Assembly: GCA_964466835.1 (NCBI GenBank)
Contig: CAYXNV010000006.1
Coordinates: forward strand, 1-50,668
Source: an uncultured Gammaproteobacteria bacterium
Lineage (GTDB): Bacteria; Patescibacteriota; Patescibacteriia; Patescibacteriales; UBA12465
Reading direction: 5' to 3'
DNA: 50,668 bases
The notes below the pieces were generated by a model. The model ran no database searches. It was not told the DNA's origin and was given only the letters and a program-made list of their open reading frames with translations. The stretch's first letter is position 1, and each line of letters starts with the position of its first letter. The translations under genes were made by a program, and so were the position numbers. Positions 17,221 to 26,522 of this stretch are shown in pieces.

Positions 17221-18447
17221 TTAACTCCGACCACGATATTTTTCAGCTGTTAGTATTTTTTTAACTGCTAAAATATAGGCAGCGGTTCTTAAAGTAATTT
17301 TTTTCTCTTCTTCAATATATTTATAGTAGACTCTTTGCCAATTAACTCTCATTTTCTTTTCTAGCAATTCCTTTAAATAATCTTGATCAAGAATTTGGCC
17401 GGTTCGATTCTGTGCCCATTCAAAATAACTAACAATTACTCCACCAGAATTTGCTAGAATATCAGGAATAACTATTTTATTATTCTGAAAAAGAATTTGG
17501 TCAGCCTCGTGGGTAATAGGGCCATTAGCTAGTTCTACAATATAATTGGCCTGAATATTGTTAGCATTCACTTCAGTAATTTGATTTTCTAAAGCAGCCA
17601 ACACTAAAATATCAACTCCTAATTCTAATAATTCTTCATTACTAATTTTATTACCTGATTGATATTCAATCACTGATTGTTTGCTATTTTTTAATTCAAT
17701 TAATTCTTTAATATCCAGTCCTTCATTGTTATATACACTACCCTTACTATCAGATACAGCCACTATTTTATAACCATCATTATATAATTTTTCAGCCATG
17801 AATAGGCCAGCATTGCCAAAGCCTTGAATAGCAACCGTAATATCTTTTTTATCTGGTATAAAATTGGTAATCATTTCTTTAGTAACGATATAGCCTCCCT
17901 GAGCAGTAGCATCACTGCGAATAGTAATTCCCCCTAATTCAATTGGTTTGCCAGTAATCATGCCTGGCTCATGTTTATTATTTTTCTTTTCAAATTCATC
18001 TAACATCCAAGCCATTATTTGGCTATTGGTATAAACATCTGGTGCAGGAATATCTTTATCTTGGCCTAAATGCTCACTAAAAATATTGGCATATTGACGA
18101 CTCACTAACTCTAACTCCTCAACATCAGCTTCTTTGGGATTAAATTTTACTCCTCCCTTGCCTCCGCCATAGGGGATGTCAGCTAAAGAGTTTTTTAAAG
18201 CCATCCAAAAAGCTAAAGATTTGACTTCGTCTTCACTGACATCAGGATGGAATCTAATTCCTCCCTTACCTGGACCAAGGGCACGATTATAGACAATACG
18301 CCAAGCAGGATATTTTTTCCCTTTAATATCTAGCTCAACATAATTAATCTGAGCTGGTTCTAATAGTGATTCCATCTCTTGGTCACTAATCTTTTCAATC
18401 GCTTGAACTTCTTTTAATCTTTTTAAATTATCTTCAAAAATACTCAT
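17221..18447 (-). CDS. gdhA: Glutamate dehydrogenase (Glu/Leu/Phe/Val family)
   Basis: KGGIRFHP, GGGKGG, DIPAPD, QGFGNAG, ELANGP, GVIVSYFEW. Confidence 0.92.
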   Translation of the reverse strand: MSIFEDNLKRLKEVQAIEKISDQEMESLLEPAQINYVELDIKGKKYPAWRIVYNRALGPGKGGIRFHPDVSEDEVKSLAFWMALKNSLADIPYGGGKGGVKFNPKEADVEELELVSRQYANIFSEHLGQDKDIPAPDVYTNSQIMAWMLDEFEKKNNKHEPGMITGKPIELGGITIRSDATAQGGYIVTKEMITNFIPDKKDITVAIQGFGNAGLFMAEKLYNDGYKIVAVSDSKGSVYNNEGLDIKELIELKNSKQSVIEYQSGNKISNEELLELGVDILVLAALENQITEVNANNIQANYIVELANGPITHEADQILFQNNKIVIPDILANSGGVIVSYFEWAQNRTGQILDQDYLKELLEKKMRVNWQRVYYKYIEEEKKITLRTAAYILAVKKILTAEKYRGRS

Positions 18448-18450
18448 ATA

Positions 18451-18783
18451 TTATTTCAATAAATTTTCTATTTCTTCTTTTAGCGTTTCTTTGTTACGCA
18501 AACCAATAATTTCACCAACTACTTTCCCTTCTTTAAAAACCTTCATATTGGGGATGCTTTGAATTTGATATTCCATTGCCAAATCTTGATTATTAGCATC
18601 TTCAGTGTTAACTTTCACAATTTTTATTTTATCAGAGATTTCTCCGGCTAACTCATCCAAAACTGGAGCCATCATCTGACAAGGTTGACACCAAGGCGCC
18701 CAAAAATCTACTAAAACTGGTAATTCACTTTCTAAAACTTCTGACTTGAAGTTTTCCTTGGTTAATTCTAATGCTTGAGACAT
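18451..18783 (-). CDS. trxA: Thioredoxin
   Basis: VLVDFWAPWCQPC, IQSIP; start moved to MSQ. Confidence 0.93.
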   Translation of the reverse strand: MSQALELTKENFKSEVLESELPVLVDFWAPWCQPCQMMAPVLDELAGEISDKIKIVKVNTEDANNQDLAMEYQIQSIPNMKVFKEGKVVGEIIGLRNKETLKEEIENLLK

Positions 18784-18833
18784 AAATTTATTATTTTTAT
18801 TCATCTAAAAAAGAAGAATAAAAATCTAGTTTA

Positions 18834-19076
18834 TTATTTTTTAATTATTTCTTTAAATATTTTTTCTAATTTATCTTTGTTGCTTGCTTTTTCGCTAACT
18901 AAACAATGATCTAGTTCGGTTGCAATTGTTTTTTCCATTAAAGAAGCTATAGCTGATTTGATTGCTTTCATTTGAATTAGAACCGAAAAACAATCTCGTT
19001 GTTTATCACAAGCCATCTTTTTAACTCCTTCTAGCTGCCCAATAATGTTATTTATTCTTTGTTCAGTTGTTTTCAT
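18834..19076 (-). CDS. CsoR/RcnR-family repressor
   Basis: RINNIIGQLEGVKKM, DCFSVLIQMKA, ELDHCL; start moved to MKT. Confidence 0.88.
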   Translation of the reverse strand: MKTTEQRINNIIGQLEGVKKMACDKQRDCFSVLIQMKAIKSAIASLMEKTIATELDHCLVSEKASNKDKLEKIFKEIIKK

Positions 19077-19083
19077 ATTCATT

Positions 19084-19113
19084 ATTATATCACATACCCC
19101 CAGGGGGTGTCAA
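19084..19113 (-). promoter_or_regulatory. Promoter with CsoR-type operator
   Basis: TTGACA-18bp-TATAAT with ACCCCC-A-GGGGGT (19096-19108) in the spacer. Confidence 0.85.
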
Positions 19114-19147
19114 GAAGATAAAAAAATAACTCTAAATATAGAGAATT

Positions 19148-19834
19148 TTACTTTAATATTAGCCAATAATTATATTTATCTTTATATGAATCAATAATTG
19201 TTAATTTTGCTTTTTGAGCTAAAGATTTTAGTTCCCTGGTGGTAAAAGCATGATAATACCTCTCACTCACTTCTTCACCCTGAGAATTTTTCCAAGGAAA
19301 CATAATATCACCCCAATCCATTTTATTATTACCAAAAAGTTTTTTAAAATAAAATTTATAAATTAATTTTCTGTGCTTCCCCGCCCACATGTTCCAATTA
19401 CTAATAATAATTTCTCCATCTTGTCTTAGCTTACTCTTCATTTGTTGTAAAGCCTGGACTCTTAATTCTCTGCTGGGAATATGTTGTAAAACTGCTAAAC
19501 AAAAAATATAATCAAAATTATTATTTGGCACCGAGGCTAATTCAAGCAAATTACCAACCAGAAATTCATTGGGATAATTATTTCTAGCTAATTGGATAAG
19601 TTCTTTGCTGCTATCAATCCCTAAATATTCTATTTGTTTATCTTTAAACGCATCTAATAATCGACCATTGCCACAACCAACATCCAAAACTCTATCGCCA
19701 TTATTTATTTTCTCAGCTACTTTTCTAATTTCTGGCCAAATTTCTTTACGACGAGTAGTATTAAAATCATCAGCAATTGTTCTATAATTACTTTCCACCA
19801 ATCCTAACAAATTGTCTCTAGTTTTTTGATCCAT
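19148..19834 (-). CDS. Class I SAM methyltransferase, Trm9/ALKBH8-like
   Basis: YxxIAxxFxxTR..WP, DVGCGNG, AVLQH..RELRV, SKLRQDG, DIMFPW, RYYHAF..EL, NYW; start moved to MDQ. Confidence 0.75.
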   Translation of the reverse strand: MDQKTRDNLLGLVESNYRTIADDFNTTRRKEIWPEIRKVAEKINNGDRVLDVGCGNGRLLDAFKDKQIEYLGIDSSKELIQLARNNYPNEFLVGNLLELASVPNNNFDYIFCLAVLQHIPSRELRVQALQQMKSKLRQDGEIIISNWNMWAGKHRKLIYKFYFKKLFGNNKMDWGDIMFPWKNSQGEEVSERYYHAFTTRELKSLAQKAKLTIIDSYKDKYNYWLILK

Positions 19835-20312
19835 TTTGTTTAGAAGATATTGTCCAGCCAACCTCATTAAATGCTTTAAGTGCTTCATCTTTACAAACTC
19901 CAATTACTACTTCTGGTTCATCAGAGAAAATTGGACTAAATTGAGACAAATCTTTATCACCAAGAATATTCCATTTGGTATAGCCCCCCATTAATGGCGA
20001 AGTAAGAGCAAACACAACTCTCCCAACTTTATGCTCTCTGATCATAAAGGCGCACATGGGACAAGGCTCAAAATTAGAATATAAAGTGCACTCTGATAAA
20101 TCTTGTGTATTTAATTTTTTAACTGCTTCTTGCATTGCTAAAATTTCTGCATGGTGAGTGATTTCTTCCATCGAACCATTGTTTGTTTCGATAACAACTT
20201 CACCACCTTTAGTAATAACGCAACCGAAGGGGTTTCTGCCATTATCAACAGATTCTCTAGCTAACTCTATACACCTTTTAATAAATTTTTCATCATTATT
20301 TTGTTGTTTCAT
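19818..20312 (-). CDS. Nucleoside deaminase (TadA/guanine deaminase superfamily)
   Basis: PFG, HAE and EPCPMC zinc motifs. Confidence 0.88.
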   Translation of the reverse strand: MKQQNNDEKFIKRCIELARESVDNGRNPFGCVITKGGEVVIETNNGSMEEITHHAEILAMQEAVKKLNTQDLSECTLYSNFEPCPMCAFMIREHKVGRVVFALTSPLMGGYTKWNILGDKDLSQFSPIFSDEPEVVIGVCKDEALKAFNEVGWTISSKQNGSKN

Positions 20313-20318
20313 ATGTTT

Positions 20319-22100
20319 TTACCCTAAATACTCTTTATAACGATAGTCTTCACCTGTTTTGGTCTTATTCTTCTTTAATTTTATACAACCATCGCATTGA
20401 TTACAAGGCTTAGAGTCTGCATCACCAAAATAATTTAAAATATATTCTTGACGACAGCCTAAATGATAGACATAATTCTCCATTTCATCAAGTTTTTCAT
20501 AGGCTCGAGCGGCTTTAGCTTTAAGGGCTTTAAAATCTAAATTTAAATCTTCTGGCTCTACTATTTTAAGGATTCTAATTTCAGTCCCTCGAAAAGGGGG
20601 GCGATATTCAACTAATTCTTTCTCAGCTAATTTTTTAACTGTTCGTAATAATGAGTCTTTTTTTACTTTTAAGACAACTGCTACTTCTTCAGGATTAAAT
20701 TCCCAACCAGATTTTAACTCTTTAGTATATTTTTCACTTAACTTTTCAACTATTTCTCTTTGCACCTTGGCTCGTTTACTAAGAGATTCAAATATTTTTT
20801 CCCAGTCCTTTTTTATTTTCAAGAAAGAGTTAGAGTTTCTTTCATTGGGCCGAGTAATATATCCTTCTTTCTCTAAAATCTTTAATGAAGTGCCAATTGC
20901 CATTTCAGGAACAGCTTCAGACAAACTTTGGGCAATATCAGCATAAGTAATTAGGATTGAGGCCTTGGGATCAATCTCGTTTTCTATCTTTTGTAAAAGA
21001 AAATCATAGATTTCAATAATTATCCTCGGATCAGGGTTGTCGCCTTTGATGAAAAACTCACGTAGATAACGATCTTGTTTGTGATGAAAAAGAATACAAA
21101 AACTAGCTTGATTATCTCGACCAGCTCGCCCCGCCTCTTGATAATAGGCTTCAATTGTGCCGGGTAAATCAAAATGAATAACAAAACGAATATCCTTTTT
21201 ATTGATCCCCAAACCAAAAGCATTAGTGGCCACTACCACTTGAGCCTGGTCTTTCATAAATTGTTCTTGTACCCAGTCACGACTATTACTATCCATGCCA
21301 GCATGATAGACAACCGCTTTAACATCACTGTCTGTCAGTATATCAACAATTTCATCAGCTTTAGATCTGGTACCAACATAAATAATACCCGAACCTAAAT
21401 CTGGGTTAGTGGTTAATAGATTTAAAATATTATCTAGCTTTTGACCATTACCAGCGGAAACAACAGCAAATTGCAAATTGGGACGAGCAAAACCAGTTAC
21501 TACTAATTCTGGATCTTTTAAGTTTAATTGTTTAATAACATCTTCCCGTACTTCTGGGGTAGCAGTAGCAGTCAAAGCAACAACTACCGGCGAACCAACT
21601 AATTTAATCGCCTCTTTTAATCTTAAATAACTGGGACGAAAATCATGCCCCCATTGACTAACACAGTGAGCCTCATCAATAGCAAATAAAGAGACTTTAA
21701 TATCTTTTAACTGCCTGATAAAATTATGATTATAGAATCTCTCTGGAGCAATATAGACCAATTTGTATTCACCTGATTTTATCTTTTGTAATCGTTTTTC
21801 TGTTTCTAATATCGAAATAGAAGAGTTAATAAAAGTAGCGGGTATGCCAACTTTATCCAAGGAATCAACTTGATCTTTCATCAAAGCAATTAGAGGAGAA
21901 ATTACAATTGTAACTCCCTCTAACACTAAAGCTGGTAACTGAAAAATCATTGACTTACCCCCTCCGGTTGGTAAAACAACCATTGTATTCTTATTAAATA
22001 AAATGTTATCAATCGCCTCTTCTTGGCCAGGTAAAAAAGATTCATAACCAAAATGAATCTTTAATAATTCTAATAATTGTTTTTTCTTTTTTGCTGACAT
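20319..22100 (-). CDS. recQ: RecQ-family DNA helicase (no HRDC domain)
   Basis: PTGGGKS, DEAHCVSQWGHDFRP, QEAGRAGRD, C-terminal Zn ligands. Confidence 0.93.
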   Translation of the reverse strand: MSAKKKKQLLELLKIHFGYESFLPGQEEAIDNILFNKNTMVVLPTGGGKSMIFQLPALVLEGVTIVISPLIALMKDQVDSLDKVGIPATFINSSISILETEKRLQKIKSGEYKLVYIAPERFYNHNFIRQLKDIKVSLFAIDEAHCVSQWGHDFRPSYLRLKEAIKLVGSPVVVALTATATPEVREDVIKQLNLKDPELVVTGFARPNLQFAVVSAGNGQKLDNILNLLTTNPDLGSGIIYVGTRSKADEIVDILTDSDVKAVVYHAGMDSNSRDWVQEQFMKDQAQVVVATNAFGLGINKKDIRFVIHFDLPGTIEAYYQEAGRAGRDNQASFCILFHHKQDRYLREFFIKGDNPDPRIIIEIYDFLLQKIENEIDPKASILITYADIAQSLSEAVPEMAIGTSLKILEKEGYITRPNERNSNSFLKIKKDWEKIFESLSKRAKVQREIVEKLSEKYTKELKSGWEFNPEEVAVVLKVKKDSLLRTVKKLAEKELVEYRPPFRGTEIRILKIVEPEDLNLDFKALKAKAARAYEKLDEMENYVYHLGCRQEYILNYFGDADSKPCNQCDGCIKLKKNKTKTGEDYRYKEYLG

Positions 22101-22109
22101 TAGGTGTGT

Positions 22110-22796
22110 TTATTGTTCTTTTTTAACAAATAAAATTTGATTCCCGTTTTCAGGATCTTCTGATCGAATAAAATCAACTCCTAAATATCCTTCAGCTAAT
22201 AATTTTTCAACTGTCTCATGGTCGTTTGGATTAACCAAGACTTGATCATCCATCTTGCTATAATCATTGCTGTCCTTTATTGATAAATTCTTACGATAAA
22301 AATAATTTATTTCATTATCCCTAGCATCAATTCCTTCTATTTTATAGCCATTTTTCATTCTTAAATTCATACTAGGAAAATTATCATTAGCAATAACTGT
22401 AACAATAGAACTTTTCCCTGCTTCACGTGCTATTCGATCTTGCTCAGCTAATAATTTTTTACCTATACCTTCCTCTCTTTTATTTTTATCAACTACTGTT
22501 CCAGCTGCCCAAGCTTCATTTGGTTTTATTTTCTTACCCATGGTACCCGACTCTAAAACCACCACTGAAGTGCCAATTATCTGATTACCTTTATTGATTT
22601 TAGCTACTTTTAATTGATTTTCTTTTATTTGCTTTTGCCTAAAAGCAACCATTTTATCAAAAGTGGTTTCTTTGGGCACCTCTGAAAAACCTTGGTTAAT
22701 TTCAAATTGGTAGTAATTAGATACATCTTGAATATCATCTGGATTTACTTCGAAAGTTTTAATATTTTCGAACGGTTGTCTTTTTTCAAAATTCAT
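22110..22796 (-). CDS. GNAT-family acetyltransferase
   Basis: VDKNKREEGIGKKL motif A; N..S....KNGY. Confidence 0.8.
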   Translation of the reverse strand: MNFEKRQPFENIKTFEVNPDDIQDVSNYYQFEINQGFSEVPKETTFDKMVAFRQKQIKENQLKVAKINKGNQIIGTSVVVLESGTMGKKIKPNEAWAAGTVVDKNKREEGIGKKLLAEQDRIAREAGKSSIVTVIANDNFPSMNLRMKNGYKIEGIDARDNEINYFYRKNLSIKDSNDYSKMDDQVLVNPNDHETVEKLLAEGYLGVDFIRSEDPENGNQILFVKKEQ

Positions 22797-23592
22797 ATTT
22801 ATTGTTCTTTCTTTTATAAATTTCTAAAACATTTTTAAATAAAAAGGCAATGGTCATTGGCCCAATCCCGCCAGGCACAGGAGTGATATAGGCTACTTTA
22901 TCTTTAACGCTTTCAAAATCTACATCTCCTAATACTTTATCGTTAATTTTAGTAATACCAATATCAATAACTACTGCTCCTTCTTTAACCATCTCTTTTT
23001 TGATAGATTGAGGTGCCCCTAAAGCGGTAATTAATAAATCAGCATCAACTGATTTATTATCTGAACAAATTTTCAAACCTAAATCTTCTAAAAGTTTCTT
23101 TACACTCTGGCCAAAAATATCTGAGTTATATAAAACACAAGCCGTTTTATCCTTAGCTTCAAATTTGATTTCCTCCAAACAGGCCTTGATTGAAGCTAAG
23201 ACTGGTGAAAGAACATAATCTGGGCATTGGGGATGAAAACCATCTACATCTTTGTTAGGATTAATTACTTTAATTATCTTATTGGCATCAAATTTTTCTG
23301 GCAAAGGTAGTTGTACTAAAATCCCGTCAACTGCTTCATCTTTATTTAGCCAATTTATTGTTTCTAAAATTTTATCTTCATTTTCATCTTTATCAATCTT
23401 ATATAAACAAGTATCTACCCCTATTTTTACTCCTTCTTTTTCTTTAAGAGAAACATATAATTGGGAATCTGATCGATTACCAATTAAAATAATAGCCAAG
23501 TTTGGTCTTGGCCCTTGAAAGTCATAAATTTCTTTAGCGATCTTATCCTTAATTCTTTCAGCAATCGCTTTACCATTAATTAATTCAGCCAT
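22786..23592 (-). CDS. folD: Methylene-THF dehydrogenase/cyclohydrolase (divergent)
   Basis: YVSLK, GILVQLPLP, KDVDG, DIG, TPVPGGIGPMT. Confidence 0.92.
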   Translation of the reverse strand: MAELINGKAIAERIKDKIAKEIYDFQGPRPNLAIILIGNRSDSQLYVSLKEKEGVKIGVDTCLYKIDKDENEDKILETINWLNKDEAVDGILVQLPLPEKFDANKIIKVINPNKDVDGFHPQCPDYVLSPVLASIKACLEEIKFEAKDKTACVLYNSDIFGQSVKKLLEDLGLKICSDNKSVDADLLITALGAPQSIKKEMVKEGAVVIDIGITKINDKVLGDVDFESVKDKVAYITPVPGGIGPMTIAFLFKNVLEIYKRKNNKYEF

Positions 23593-23598
23593 AATTAA

Positions 23599-24843
23599 TT
23601 AGTTACTTGGAATGGGGAATTTTAAACATAATTCCCTAACTTTATCTTTTAATTTATTTAACTCATCTTCACTATCTTTATTTTTCAGAGCTAAATCAAT
23701 AAATTCAACAATAGTTTTTATTTCCGCCTCTTTCATTCCTCTGGTAGTAACGGCTGGGGTGCCAATTCTGATTCCAGAAGGATTATATGGTGGTCTTGGA
23801 TCATCAGGAATGGTTGATCTAGATATAGAAACACCAATTTTCTCTAAAGTTTTTTCCGCTTCTTTCCCACTTAAATCTTTATTACTTAAATCAACTACAA
23901 TTAAATGATTATCCGTTCCATCAGAAATAACTTTATAATCTAATTTAATAAATTCCTCGGCCATTATTTTAGCATTGGCAATTACTTGTTTAGAATATTC
24001 TTTGAACTCTGGTTTTAGGGCTTCAGCAAAGGCGACTGCTTTGGCAGCGGTAATATGATCATGAGGACCACCTTGCATACCAGGAAAAACTGCCCGATCA
24101 ACTTGTTTAGCAAACTCTTCTTTGCACATTATAATTGCTCCTCGTGGTCCGCGAAGAGTTTTGTGGGTAGTGGTGGAAACAACATCAAAAATTGGCACTG
24201 GATTAGTTAAAATGCCGGCAGCAATTAAGCCAGCCACATGAGCAATGTCAGCAAAAGTATAAGCACCAACCTCATCGGCAATTTCTTTGAACTTTTGCCA
24301 ATCAATTTCTCGGGAATAGGCACTAAAACCAGCTACAATCATCTTTGGTTTTTCTCGTAGAGCTACTTCTCTAACTTCTTCCATGTCGATTTTCCCTGTT
24401 TTGGGGTCAACACCATATTGAACAAAATTATATAGACGTCCAGAAAAATTAACATCATGCCCATGCGATAAATGACCCCCGTGGTCTAATTTTAGCCCCA
24501 ACACCTTGTCACCTGGCTCTAAAAAGGCCATGTAGACAGCCGCGTTAGCGGGAGAACCAGATAAAGGCTGGACATTAACATGTTCAGCTTTAAATAATTG
24601 TTTGGCTCGTTCAATTGCTAAATCCTCCACTTCATCAACAATTTGATTACCACCATAATAACGTTTACCACTATAGCCTTCACTATATTTATTGGTTAAA
24701 ACAGTCGCCATTGCTTCTAAAACAGCTGTAGAAACATAATTTTCTGAGGCAATTAGCTCTATTTCTTCATTTTGACGCTTAGCTTCACGTTCAATAATCT
24801 CTAAAATAGCCGGATCTTGTTGTTTTATATGCTTATAGTCCAT
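23599..24843 (-). CDS. glyA: Serine hydroxymethyltransferase
   Basis: LIASEN, NKYSEGY, GGHLSHG, TTTHKTLRGPRG. Confidence 0.98.
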   Translation of the reverse strand: MDYKHIKQQDPAILEIIEREAKRQNEEIELIASENYVSTAVLEAMATVLTNKYSEGYSGKRYYGGNQIVDEVEDLAIERAKQLFKAEHVNVQPLSGSPANAAVYMAFLEPGDKVLGLKLDHGGHLSHGHDVNFSGRLYNFVQYGVDPKTGKIDMEEVREVALREKPKMIVAGFSAYSREIDWQKFKEIADEVGAYTFADIAHVAGLIAAGILTNPVPIFDVVSTTTHKTLRGPRGAIIMCKEEFAKQVDRAVFPGMQGGPHDHITAAKAVAFAEALKPEFKEYSKQVIANAKIMAEEFIKLDYKVISDGTDNHLIVVDLSNKDLSGKEAEKTLEKIGVSISRSTIPDDPRPPYNPSGIRIGTPAVTTRGMKEAEIKTIVEFIDLALKNKDSEDELNKLKDKVRELCLKFPIPSN

Positions 24844-24883
24844 AACTTAATATTAGTTTAAGGAAAGGGGTTTGTCAAAACTA

Positions 24884-26461
24884 TTATAACCCCTTAATCA
24901 TATAGGTATTTTTAAGTTTATACCCTAGTTTTTTATAATATCCTCTTACACCTACTCCAGAAATAATAGTTAATGTATCTATTTTATTTTTCTTAACAAT
25001 CTTTTCTGCTTCAATCATTAATTTCTTTCCTAAGCCACTGTGTTGAACTTTTTTCTTCTGACCGACTGAAACTAATTCACCATAGACATGAAGTTCGCGA
25101 ATAAAAGCAGGATAATTTTCATTATTTTGATCAATTCTTAAGCGACAAAAACCATATAGAACCTTTTTATTTTTACTATCAGCGCTGATAAAATATTCTG
25201 TGCCTTCAGAGGCAGGATATTTAATAATATTAATTTTATATTTTTCTATTTTTTTATCCCTAGCTTCACGGCAACGAATACAGCTACATTTAACCCCCTG
25301 GTCTTTCATCACCTGACGAAGATTAGTAATTTTGTTGCCAGCAATAATTGATTCACCTGGGATATCCCTGACTAATCTAATAATTCTAACATATTTAGGT
25401 ACGAGGGCTTTACATTTAATAATTAAATTTTGTAGAACTTTGTTAGAATAAGGTTTATATTCCCCTCGCTTGTACCAACGATATAATAAACTACCCTTAG
25501 TAACGACAGTGGGATAGAATTTAATTTGATCAGGCTGAAAATTTTGATCAGTGAATAATTTCTTAAATAATTTTAAATCTTTAGCTGGAGTTGCTCCTGG
25601 TAAAGCTGGCATTAAATGATAGGTAACTTTGAAACCATAATCTTTTAACAATTTGGTGGCTTCAATTATTTCTTTAACCCCATGTCCGCGTTTATTTAAT
25701 TTTAATATTTTATCATCAACCGCTTGGACACCCATCTCTACTCGCGTACAGCCAAATTCTCTCATTTCCAAAACTTCATCTTTATCAATATAGTCTGGCC
25801 TAGTTTCTAGAGTGAGCCCAATAATTTTATATTTAGCAATTTCATTTCTCTTTTGTTCTTTTTTTAATAACTTTTTAAAGTCTTCCATCTTCAAATTTTT
25901 TCTATAAACACTTTTAAGGTCAATTTTCTTCTTCTGATAATCATTAGCGGCTTTAAAACAATTTAAGATATACCAATATTTATATTTAATTGGTAGATAA
26001 CTCCAAGTACCACCAATGACAATCAATTCAATTTTGGTAGGATTATGACCATTGGCCTCTAAAGCCTTTAATCTAAGCACTACTTGTTTATAGGGATTAT
26101 AACCACAACGAATCGCTCTCATTACCGCTGGCTCATTAGATAAATAGCTAGTTGGTACTTCTTTTTCATGGGGGCAATAAGCACAAGTTCCTGGGCAGGG
26201 ATAGGCTTTGGTTAAAACCGCTACCGGGGCAATGCCAGACATGGTTCTAATAGCTCGTTTCCGTAATGCCTTTTCCAATAATCCATTTTTGCGTATCTTT
26301 TTTTTCTGTAATAAAAGCCGATATCCTGCTAAAATATCAGAATTAAGTAAAGAAGGAAGATTATATTTCCGACAAATTTTTCGTCTTAACACCTCTAAAT
26401 CTTCTCTATTTTTTACATTTTTTCCATGTTTTTCCAATAATTCTTTTATTGCTTCCGACAT
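24884..26461 (-). CDS. elp3: Elp3 radical SAM/KAT tRNA U34 carboxymethyltransferase
   Basis: CPGTCAYC, GGT, ETRPD, EMGVQ, RDIP, CIRCRE, IRELHVYG, QHSGLG, ISGVGVRGYY; start moved to MSE. Confidence 0.93.
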   Translation of the reverse strand: MSEAIKELLEKHGKNVKNREDLEVLRRKICRKYNLPSLLNSDILAGYRLLLQKKKIRKNGLLEKALRKRAIRTMSGIAPVAVLTKAYPCPGTCAYCPHEKEVPTSYLSNEPAVMRAIRCGYNPYKQVVLRLKALEANGHNPTKIELIVIGGTWSYLPIKYKYWYILNCFKAANDYQKKKIDLKSVYRKNLKMEDFKKLLKKEQKRNEIAKYKIIGLTLETRPDYIDKDEVLEMREFGCTRVEMGVQAVDDKILKLNKRGHGVKEIIEATKLLKDYGFKVTYHLMPALPGATPAKDLKLFKKLFTDQNFQPDQIKFYPTVVTKGSLLYRWYKRGEYKPYSNKVLQNLIIKCKALVPKYVRIIRLVRDIPGESIIAGNKITNLRQVMKDQGVKCSCIRCREARDKKIEKYKINIIKYPASEGTEYFISADSKNKKVLYGFCRLRIDQNNENYPAFIRELHVYGELVSVGQKKKVQHSGLGKKLMIEAEKIVKKNKIDTLTIISGVGVRGYYKKLGYKLKNTYMIKGL

Positions 26462-26522
26462 AAATTTACTGTATAATTGAACTATTATCATATAATAATT
26501 TTTATAATTTAACAATGCTTTT

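Noticed and set aside
19835-19903. N-terminal extensions in the ORF track (methyltransferase here; also elp3, trxA, hsp20, HTH at 35344)
   Set aside because: They overlap upstream genes or promoter regions; downstream ATGs fit family starts better.
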